Positions 7,311 to 13,595 of a stretch of 14,452 nucleotides of DNA are shown here, piece by piece. Each line of letters starts with the position of its first letter. Position 1 is the stretch's first letter. Source of the stretch: a virus; IMG/VR virus record IMGVR_UViG_3300045988_109471, positions 1-14,452 of that record; one strand, written 5' to 3'. Made by a program: the position numbers and the translations under genes. The notes beneath the pieces are model-generated. The model had not been told where the DNA came from. It saw only the letters and a program-made list of their open reading frames with translations, and made no database searches.

Positions 7311-7922
7311 TTAATATACAAGCAGCAAAAATTGTTGCTTAAACTTGTCAATCAGATACTCGTACATATTCCAATCGGCAACCCGGCGTTCTTCTTCAAT
7401 CATCTGCTGTGATGTGGTCACGCCGATATTGCCATGTACCCGCCCTGTGTGTTTTAACTCTTCGTTGCTGTTGCCTTCGCTGTTTCCGATTTGCGTACTC
7501 TCGTTATTGCTGTCGTTGTCATTTTGACCACTGGTAACAAGGTTTCCGCTATCAAAACCTGCGGCCTTGCTGATATCGGTACTATGATTTTTGCCGGTGC
7601 CAACGTCCTTACTCTGTACTTTGCTGTTGGTTTTGTTGTTGTCTGTCCAGTCCTCTTTTCTATCATAGTTTTCAATCGGATTGTATTCCAGCTTCGTTGT
7701 GTTCCACATCTTACTCCAACTGTCCAGATGTGCGCTTGACCAAATGCCAATAACAGAGCGCATAGTTGCGGGGTTTGAAAACAGCACTTCCATTTCTGCC
7801 GTTTCCATCAGCAGATTGTTAATGTATAACTGTTTATCCATGCCCTCCGGCAATACCAACTCGTTAAAAATTGTGTTGTCGTACTGGTACAGCCCTAACA
7901 GTGACAAGGTTGCTTTACTCAT
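7311..7922 (-). CDS. Hypothetical structural protein in the lower-collar (gp11) position, 203 aa
   Basis: ATG 7922 overlaps the portal stop by 8 nt (GAAGATGAGTAA) with GAGGG upstream. The track's longer ORF (to 8033) runs inside the portal gene and is rejected. There is a conserved-looking N-terminal half (...LEYNPIENYDRKE...) and an Asn/Ser/Asp/Gly-rich low-complexity middle. The function call rests on gene order only. Confidence 0.4.
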   Translation of the reverse strand: MSKATLSLLGLYQYDNTIFNELVLPEGMDKQLYINNLLMETAEMEVLFSNPATMRSVIGIWSSAHLDSWSKMWNTTKLEYNPIENYDRKEDWTDNNKTNSKVQSKDVGTGKNHSTDISKAAGFDSGNLVTSGQNDNDSNNESTQIGNSEGNSNEELKHTGRVHGNIGVTTSQQMIEEERRVADWNMYEYLIDKFKQQFLLLVY

Positions 7923-8826
7923 CTTCACCGCCCTCACTTTCCGCGCTGATCTGCGGCTTGTTGCGCCACTCCACGCCAAGTTTGATGCCAAACATTTTGT
8001 TAGTTTGGGCAAAACTCTTTTGCAGCTGATCAAGCCACAAATCCGCTTTGCTGGTTACTTCCACATTATTGGCGTTCACCTCATCGCTGATAAGACGTTC
8101 TTTTTTGTCTGTGTTGGCGTTAGGGATGCCGACATCTGTATCAAACATCATTTCCCATTTGCGCAGATCCGCCAGTGCATCGCCCGCAATATAGTTTTGC
8201 CCGACATTCTGCTGAAAAGGTATCCAAGAGGGGTTGCCGCTCTGCACGTCATACAATGCTGTATCCACAAATGTTGCAGGCTCGCCGCTTGCAACCCGGT
8301 CAAACAGTTTCTTTTGACTTTCGGCAGTATTTTTATTTTTGCCAAAAAACACATAGGATAGACGGCTGTTGACAAGGTTTACTCCGGCGGTTTCGGCTGT
8401 TAAGGCCATCATATCGGCGTAAAACCCAACCAAATCCATGACGCTGCCATAATCAGGTTGCAGCTTGATTAGTGTGCATTGCGTGCCAATATCCAGACTG
8501 CGCAAACCTCTAAGCAAGGGATTTGTGACAAGGGCGCGTTTGGGCTGGTAAAAAATGTTGTACCCATCAAGCCCGCACTGCTGCGGGATAACTCCGTACT
8601 TGTCAGTGTTGAGTACGGCAATATAGCCGATGCCGTACAAAACATACAAAAAATAGTCTCTGTCCCACGTTTCCGGCAAATCCCACTTAAATACAGACAT
8701 TGCTTTTTGCAGCAAGTAGCGGGCAAAAAAGCGTTGCAGCTCTGTGTTTTTGGTGTGTACCGTGCTAGGGCTGTGCTGACTTACTTCTGCGTTGATGTAA
8801 TCGTACATATAAGGCGCGGCCTGCAT
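7915..8826 (-). CDS. Portal (upper collar / connector) protein, phi29 gp10-like, 303 aa
   Basis: Strong by-eye match to phi29 gp10 (recalled): WEMMFDTDVGIPNANTDKKERLISDEVNANNVEVTSKADLWL...MFGIKLGVEWR vs [41 protein letters not shown]...LYGLNVKVKFR, plus an acidic C-terminus. ATG 8826 has GGGGGTG (8839..8833) 6 nt upstream and is preferred over the track's GTG 8835, which lies inside that RBS. It overlaps the M23 stop as TAATG. Confidence 0.92.
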   Translation of the reverse strand: MQAAPYMYDYINAEVSQHSPSTVHTKNTELQRFFARYLLQKAMSVFKWDLPETWDRDYFLYVLYGIGYIAVLNTDKYGVIPQQCGLDGYNIFYQPKRALVTNPLLRGLRSLDIGTQCTLIKLQPDYGSVMDLVGFYADMMALTAETAGVNLVNSRLSYVFFGKNKNTAESQKKLFDRVASGEPATFVDTALYDVQSGNPSWIPFQQNVGQNYIAGDALADLRKWEMMFDTDVGIPNANTDKKERLISDEVNANNVEVTSKADLWLDQLQKSFAQTNKMFGIKLGVEWRNKPQISAESEGGEDE

Positions 8827-9377
8827 TATTTGCACCCCCTTGCCATTTTAAGCAATAGCCATACCGGGATTGCTTTTTTCCCGGGCGTGGGCGGCTCTGG
8901 GCCGGGGCCGGGCGGATTGTCTGCACTCCACGTTACATCATACTTACCAACCGCGTTTGGGATGCCCAAAATCTGGGATGGATCTTGACGGTATCGGGTA
9001 GAGCGACCGCCTACCCAATATTCCCAATGGGTATGCACACCGGTTGCATTGCCGGTCTGACCCTGTGTGCCGATCAAATCGCCCGCTTTGAGCACCTCTC
9101 CGACCTTATGTGTCTGTGCCTTAAAATGTGCAGCCAGCCAATAACGCTTATTGCCCATATCAACCACTATATAGTTGCCCCAACTGTCGTTACCGGTTTT
9201 GCCGCCTTGCCAAGTGTGCGCAATGACAATTGTACCGGCCTGCGGCGCAAACGCCAAAAAATCAGTTGGATGCTTGGTGTCAATGCCGCCGTGATGTGAT
9301 CCATCCGAATAATACGGATATGCTGCGGTCACTGTGATTGTGCTTTCATCTGTGATACATTGTGGATAGCTTGCCAT
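8826..9377 (-). CDS. M23 (LytM-type) zinc metallopeptidase, peptidoglycan hydrolase, 183 aa
   Basis: HxxxD motif HHGGID and HxH motif HTHWE are in the expected order and spacing. ATG 9377 has GAGGTG 7 nt upstream. A C-terminal Pro-rich linker (PPGPGPEPPTPG) is followed by the hydrophobic tail AIPVWLLLKMA. Confidence 0.9.
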   Translation of the reverse strand: MASYPQCITDESTITVTAAYPYYSDGSHHGGIDTKHPTDFLAFAPQAGTIVIAHTWQGGKTGNDSWGNYIVVDMGNKRYWLAAHFKAQTHKVGEVLKAGDLIGTQGQTGNATGVHTHWEYWVGGRSTRYRQDPSQILGIPNAVGKYDVTWSADNPPGPGPEPPTPGKKAIPVWLLLKMARGCK

Positions 9378-9388
9378 ATAATTTCACC

Positions 9389-10861
9389 TCACTCATAAAA
9401 AAACCCATCTGACATAAAATTATTAACAGCGCCAATTTCCGTACTGGTTGCGGGCGCGTTAAAATCTGGATTGTAAACCTGCACATAACCGTATAAGTTG
9501 CCGATTTTAACAGATTTACAGAGCGGTCTCCCTCGCCGCTCTTTGTCAGTTTCAACTAGCGGCATAAATGTTGCATATAGTTGTGGGGGATTCTGCCGCC
9601 ACGTCATGCACCCCTGTGCGCCGCGTGTTTCTACTTCCGCGTTGGCACTTTGCAGCGCATCACCCACGCCGCTTACAATATTGCTTGCAGTCGTGCCGAT
9701 AACATCACCCATTGACTTATCAGGGTTAAGCCAATTTTTCACATCGCTAAATAAGCCCCTCATAAAAGCCCCGCCCACGGCAATACCCGTATTTACGGCA
9801 TTGCTTCCCGGTGTTGTGGGCGCCATCGAAATCTGCGTAATAGTTAATGGGATGCCGATCTGTGCAGTGCTAGTGCGGATAACGTGATTATGTTCAGGAT
9901 CTGTGCATATACGCAAAATCGCAAAACCGGTATACTGATCAATCTGATAATGTAAATATAGACGTGATACATTAACAATTTTGGTGCTGTCTAGCGGTAT
10001 ATCGCCAAAGGGTGGTACATTGATATTGTATCTACTGTAAGGCTCCAAGTTAATCCAACTTCCCAGGTCGGCTGCCTGCGGATGTTTCGGGATTTGCAAC
10101 TCTGTGTACACGTCTTTTTTTGCATACTCCCCCAGCAGCGGATAAGCTTGTACACCTTCCATTTCCCACCAGCCAAACGGTAATGGGGTGGTTGCGCTAT
10201 CTGTGCTATAATTCAGCGCAAACGGAAAATATAACAGACTTGAAACATATTGTGTCGGATTAAAAAGCGCTTTTGCAAGACTGTCTGATATTTCTTCTGC
10301 CTGCAAATTAAGGTAGTCAACAGAGCCCAAAAGCTTGTTCGCAAGAATCTGCATGTTCTGGAGGTCAAGTCTCCAATATTTCAAAAAACCGCTTCCATAA
10401 CCGCCTTTTGAGCTAATGGCTATACAATAATCGCCATTGTCCCATGCTCTGTTAGGCGCGAATGGATTATTTGCGGTTGTAACTTCGCGCGAAACTTGCA
10501 CGTTTGTTGGATACAGCGAATCAACAATACTACCATCATAAGCACTAGCCGAACGTGTTACATATTCTACGCTATCCGCAATATTTGTGCGCCACGTTGC
10601 AAGCACATCAACAGACATGCTTGCATACCACATGCCCGCCGTCCAAGTCCAGTTGTCGATAAAATAAAATCTGCCAAAATCTGGAATATATGCATAGTTC
10701 CACGCGTGAGGGCTTTCCGTCTGCCCAAACGCCACAAAACCAATTTCCGGCGCTAACATGCTGCATGATTCACGCAACTGACCTTGCACGCCTTTTGACG
10801 TTCCGGCGGGGCGGGCGGTACTGTTCAATTTTTTGGCAAATTGATATAGCGTAATATTCAC
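9389..10861 (-). CDS. Tail knob / major tail protein, phi29 gp9-like, 490 aa
   Basis: GTG 10861 has AGAGGTG 7 nt upstream. N-terminal block YIPDFGRFYFIDNWTWTAGMWYASMSVDVLATW resembles phi29 gp9 NKWFYAFVTELEF...HFEIDVLQTW (recalled). There are Gly/Ala-rich hydrophobic loops (NTGIAVGGAFMRGLF, IGTTASNIVSGVGDAL). The C-terminal block G.P...V.IGNL.GYVQV...T..E...V..FM..GFFYE is typical of this family. Confidence 0.7.
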   Translation of the reverse strand: MNITLYQFAKKLNSTARPAGTSKGVQGQLRESCSMLAPEIGFVAFGQTESPHAWNYAYIPDFGRFYFIDNWTWTAGMWYASMSVDVLATWRTNIADSVEYVTRSASAYDGSIVDSLYPTNVQVSREVTTANNPFAPNRAWDNGDYCIAISSKGGYGSGFLKYWRLDLQNMQILANKLLGSVDYLNLQAEEISDSLAKALFNPTQYVSSLLYFPFALNYSTDSATTPLPFGWWEMEGVQAYPLLGEYAKKDVYTELQIPKHPQAADLGSWINLEPYSRYNINVPPFGDIPLDSTKIVNVSRLYLHYQIDQYTGFAILRICTDPEHNHVIRTSTAQIGIPLTITQISMAPTTPGSNAVNTGIAVGGAFMRGLFSDVKNWLNPDKSMGDVIGTTASNIVSGVGDALQSANAEVETRGAQGCMTWRQNPPQLYATFMPLVETDKERRGRPLCKSVKIGNLYGYVQVYNPDFNAPATSTEIGAVNNFMSDGFFYE

Positions 10862-10878
10862 GCTCTTTCACCTCTTTC

Positions 10879-10909
10879 AAAAATACCCCGTGCCATAACT
10901 GACACGGGG
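10879..10909 (-). terminator. Intra-operon rho-independent terminator/attenuator after the capsid gene
   Basis: On the minus strand: CCCCGTGTC-agttat-GGCACGGGG (10909..10886; 9-bp stem including one G-U pair), followed by TATTTTT (10885..10879). It lies between the capsid stop (10923) and the tail-knob RBS. Confidence 0.6.
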
Positions 10910-10922
10910 CTATTATTAAGAG

Positions 10923-12137
10923 TTAGTCAAGCAGCAGCACAACGGCCTTTTCGGTGTTGTCCTGGATAGTCTTGATGGTTGCATGCTCCGCGGTGTTCCA
11001 ATAGCCGCCGTCAATGTTGAGCGGGGTGGTCGCGCTCCACTTGTTGGTGTAGCAATAGCCCAGCGCGTCACGGTCGTGCATGATGCCGAAAATACCGGCC
11101 TGCTCCACGGCCTTGGATGCCTTTTTGACTGCACCGGCGGTGCTGGTGTATACTGGCGTGATGTTCACGCTGTCGGGGGTTTCGATAGACTGCCAGAAAT
11201 TGACGCCCTCAAACTTGGCAAGCTTGAGATAATCGTCATGAAACGTGGTAGACAGTGCCATGGTGCGCATCTGCTCATATGCCTTACTGTACAGAGCCAC
11301 GCGAAGGTCACTACCACGGGTGTGGCGGAGAACGGGCTTTGCGTTAATAACGGTCTGGTAGAGCTGACTGCGCTCGCCCATAAAACGGGCAATCACGTTC
11401 AGACGGGCATACACCCAACGCATAAAGGGCGCAAAATTATCGGGCTGGTATACGCTCTGCGCCGACAGGCTCAAGCCGGTTTCAGCGTTGTACTCGGACA
11501 ACAGGTGGACAACGCGGGACTTCTGGCCCTCGTCAAGGATTGCCGCGATAAAGTTCGCCTGCATACCGCGAGCAACCGCTTCACGATAGGATTCTTTATC
11601 GTTATTGCGCTCCGTCATGTTCATGGCGTTAAAACGCATAAATTCATCGGCAGAAGACATTGCCACATCAAACTGGTCTTTAAACGTGGTGTAGCGCTGC
11701 TGGTAAACTGCCGTGCCGTAAAAGTTGGTCTGCAAGACTTCCTGCTTGCTAATCTTGTACATGTCAACACTTTCGCCATTACCCAGAGCGTTTGCCTTAT
11801 GATTAGTTGCATCATAGGCAACGGGCCAGATAAAACGCTGGTCGTCCTGCATCTTTGCGGCAATGGGACTAATCTTGCGCAGCGCGTTGCCGTAACGGGT
11901 CAAATCCATTTCAAGACTGGTTAGAGGGCTGGAATAATCGCGCACTGCGTAAATGGAGCTGCTCCAAATCTGCGACAGTGCGTTAATAATGGGGTCATAC
12001 CCGGTTTTAAGAGCGGTCTGGGCAACCGAAACAAACTGCTCCGGCGTGTCAATGCTGGTAATTACTTTCTGCCCGGTTGCCTGTTCAACGGCCTCACCAA
12101 GGATGGTTGCGGCCTGGGAAATAGTCATATCATTCAT
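10923..12137 (-). CDS. Major capsid protein (phi29 gp8 position/size class), 404 aa
   Basis: ATG 12137 has GAGGTG 7 nt upstream. About 400 aa, located after the scaffold gene and followed by an attenuating terminator. General resemblance to small-podovirus HK97-fold capsid proteins. No diagnostic motif could be verified by eye. Confidence 0.78.
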   Translation of the reverse strand: MNDMTISQAATILGEAVEQATGQKVITSIDTPEQFVSVAQTALKTGYDPIINALSQIWSSSIYAVRDYSSPLTSLEMDLTRYGNALRKISPIAAKMQDDQRFIWPVAYDATNHKANALGNGESVDMYKISKQEVLQTNFYGTAVYQQRYTTFKDQFDVAMSSADEFMRFNAMNMTERNNDKESYREAVARGMQANFIAAILDEGQKSRVVHLLSEYNAETGLSLSAQSVYQPDNFAPFMRWVYARLNVIARFMGERSQLYQTVINAKPVLRHTRGSDLRVALYSKAYEQMRTMALSTTFHDDYLKLAKFEGVNFWQSIETPDSVNITPVYTSTAGAVKKASKAVEQAGIFGIMHDRDALGYCYTNKWSATTPLNIDGGYWNTAEHATIKTIQDNTEKAVVLLLD

Positions 12138-12151
12138 TGCTTGTCACCTCA

Positions 12152-12475
12152 CTATTTCAAAAAATAGGAATCATCACCGCTATTGATGTCACCGTATTCA
12201 ATCACACTAATTCTGACACCGTTCACGTTAGCCGACTCATTGCGAACGGTTAAGCGATTCAATCCTTTTCCCGTATTTTTCGATTGGAAATCATATTCCA
12301 CAACCATATTACCCGGTTGGGAAAAAAACTGATCATCTTTAAATGCAGTCCCTGGGGTCATTTGAAAACTAAAAGCGCTCTTTATCAAAATTTTTCTAAC
12401 AGGTTTTTCAAAAAGAAAAGTAAACATAGCGCCTTGTTCAGCTGGTAATACATAAGAGTAAAACTGTCGCGCCAT
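12152..12475 (-). CDS. Hypothetical beta-rich protein between scaffold and capsid genes, 107 aa
   Basis: ATG 12475 overlaps the scaffold stop by 1 nt (TAATG), which suggests translational coupling. It fills the whole gap to the capsid RBS. No family recognised. Confidence 0.6.
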   Translation of the reverse strand: MARQFYSYVLPAEQGAMFTFLFEKPVRKILIKSAFSFQMTPGTAFKDDQFFSQPGNMVVEYDFQSKNTGKGLNRLTVRNESANVNGVRISVIEYGDINSGDDSYFLK

Positions 12476-12786
12476 TACTTATCCCCACCCCTCGGCATAA
12501 TGATATTTGCGAGCACATCTTCTGCGGTCTGCGGCTTTGGCTGTTCAGTCGCCGCAATGTTCATGGTTTTAATTTGAGCGCCCAATGCATTGATAGCCGC
12601 AATAATGCCGTTTGCATCCTCAACGGGTGCAGCGGGGGCAGCGGGCGCGGCAGGGGCAGCGGGTGCGGCGGGGGCAGCGGGCGTTGCAGGGGCAGCGGGT
12701 GCGGCGTTGTCAAAAGTGACAAGCTTTGCAAGGTCGTCTTTGGTATAACCTGCACGGCACAGAGCAATAATATCATCAATAGTCAT
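12475..12786 (-). CDS. Putative scaffolding protein with (Ala-Ala-Pro)9 linker, 103 aa
   Basis: ATG 12786 has GAGGTG (12800..12795) 8 nt upstream. The track's longer ORF (to 12960) overlaps the upstream gene and lacks an RBS. It is small, helical and acidic, lies upstream of the capsid gene like phi29 gp7, and ends ...AEDVLANIIMPRGGDK. Confidence 0.6.
   Translation of the reverse strand: MTIDDIIALCRAGYTKDDLAKLVTFDNAAPAAPATPAAPAAPAAPAAPAAPAAPVEDANGIIAAINALGAQIKTMNIAATEQPKPQTAEDVLANIIMPRGGDK
12625..12705. repeat. Tandem 9-nt repeat x9 (two 36-nt super-units) encoding AAPAAPATPAAPAAPAAPAAPAAPAAP
   Basis: Read directly: nine 9-mers lie between 12625 and 12705. The 36-nt unit 12634-12669 is repeated at 12670-12705 with 2 mismatches. 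It is in frame within the scaffold CDS. Confidence 0.85.
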
Positions 12787-12791
12787 GTATA

Positions 12792-13004
12792 TTACACCTC
12801 TTTCAATACGGTTGTTTTGGTTTGGTCGTTGATAAGTTTGACAAGTGTGTCTTTGTCGCCTGCCGTCATGGGGCCGCATACAGCGTTTTGATTGTAATTG
12901 TGGGTGTATTCGCTGTAATAGCCAATACCCAATTGCTTGCATTTGCTGTATACAATCCACGCCTGTGCGCTAGTAATGTCGGCATACATTACAACATACA
13001 TCAT
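12792..13004 (-). CDS. Hypothetical protein, 70 aa
   Basis: ATG 13004 overlaps the stop of the upstream small ORF (ATGA overlap). Its stop at 12792 lies inside the scaffold RBS region. No family recognised. Confidence 0.55.
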   Translation of the reverse strand: MMYVVMYADITSAQAWIVYSKCKQLGIGYYSEYTHNYNQNAVCGPMTAGDKDTLVKLINDQTKTTVLKEV

Positions 13005-13153
13005 GCATCACCGTCCTGTTTGCTCATGTGCTCGCAGAGTTTTACGATGGCAGCGGTGTTTTCTTTGATCGTGGTGTTACTCTGCCACCACATAAGCAAA
13101 AATGCTGCAATCGGAAAACCAACCTGCTGGATGATAGTGATAATCTCTTCCAT
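13001..13153 (-). CDS. YvrJ-like small single-pass membrane protein, 50 aa (holin candidate)
   Basis: Not in the supplied ORF track (below the size cutoff); I translated it by hand. ATG 13153 has GAGGTG (13165..13160) 6 nt upstream. Product: MEEIITIIQQVGFPIAAFLLMWWQSNTTIKENTAAIVKLCEHMSKQDGDA. The N-terminal ...VGFPIAAFLL... hydrophobic helix followed by a polar helical tail matches the YvrJ-family pattern as I recall it. Confidence 0.6.
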   Translation of the reverse strand: MEEIITIIQQVGFPIAAFLLMWWQSNTTIKENTAAIVKLCEHMSKQDGDA

Positions 13154-13180
13154 GGTTTACACCTCACTTTCAGGGGACGG

Positions 13181-13270
13181 AAATACAAAAAGCGGGAAAA
13201 GACTCTTGACCCGCTACAAGGTCGTGCGCCGGATTCCGTCCGTATAGCTTGCGCATCTTTTCCCGCTTTC
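13181..13270 (-). ncRNA. Structured RNA element: three-way-junction fold closed by a 14-bp stem and followed by a U-tract (terminator-like leader or small RNA)
   Basis: Minus-strand RNA. AAAGCGGGAAAAGA (13269..13256) pairs perfectly with UCUUUUCCCGCUUU (13202..13189). Inside are helix UGCGC/GCGCA (13255..13251 / 13229..13225), hairpin CGGA-CGGAA-UCCG (13242..13230) and hairpin CUUG-UAGCGGGU-CAAG (13220..13205). The 3' side runs into UUUUUGUAUUU (13191..13181). Hand-folded; no energy calculation. Confidence 0.5.
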
Positions 13271-13299
13271 ATAATATCATATTAAGTTATTGATGTCAA
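13271..13299 (-). promoter_or_regulatory. Near-consensus sigma-A/sigma-70 promoter with extended -10, reading leftward
   Basis: Minus strand: TTGACA (13299..13294), a 17-nt spacer ending in TGa, then TATTAT (13276..13271). It overlaps the stop codon (13282-13284) of the upstream early gene. Confidence 0.75.
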
Positions 13300-13581
13300 G
13301 TGCCGTGATCCGAAATCAAGATAAACCTCGTTGTATGATAATTTCCGCGACCACCCACCAAACCCATAATCATGTTCGTGGTATTCATACGAGATTTTGA
13401 CATTCTCTTCCCGCGCAATCAAATACAGATACTCTTCAATTTGATTCAAGGCCCCGCGATTCCATTGTAAAGTGCCAGCATCGCACTCGCCCCTCTTAAG
13501 CTGTTCCTTGTTGAGAGCGACTAGCTCGGATCTGCGGTTGTACTCTGCTGCAAGCCGACATAATAATTTGTCCATCGTCAT
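13282..13581 (-). CDS. Hypothetical early protein, 99 aa
   Basis: ATG 13581 has GGGGGA 7 nt upstream. The track start (13614) is a GTG overlapping the previous gene. No family recognised. Confidence 0.6.
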   Translation of the reverse strand: MTMDKLLCRLAAEYNRRSELVALNKEQLKRGECDAGTLQWNRGALNQIEEYLYLIAREENVKISYEYHEHDYGFGGWSRKLSYNEVYLDFGSRHLTSIT

Positions 13582-13595
13582 AATATATTCCCCCG

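Noticed and set aside
7923-8033. N-terminal extension of the collar-position ORF (track ORF 7311..8033), and the GTG 8835 start of the portal ORF
   Set aside because: The extension lies inside the portal coding region, while ATG 7922 is coupled to the portal stop. For the portal, GTG 8835 sits inside the GGGGGTG RBS that serves ATG 8826.
7681-8361. 226-aa plus-strand ORF
   Set aside because: It is antisense to the portal and collar-position genes, whose homology and coupling signals are strong. No RBS.
8479-8988. 169-aa plus-strand ORF
   Set aside because: It is antisense to the portal and M23 genes; a shadow ORF.
10983-11924. 313-aa plus-strand ORF
   Set aside because: It is entirely antisense to the major capsid gene, has no RBS, and its Gly/Val/His/Arg-rich composition is typical of a shadow ORF.
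12625-12705. GC-rich tandem repeat as a CRISPR array or noncoding VNTR
   Set aside because: The units are 9 nt with no spacers, in frame, and encode an AAP linker inside a well-supported CDS.
12787-12960. Long N-terminal extension of the scaffold ORF (track ORF 12475..12960)
   Set aside because: It overlaps the 70-aa gene in another frame and has an Arg/Gln/Cys/His-rich composition. The internal ATG 12786 has a perfect GAGGTG RBS.
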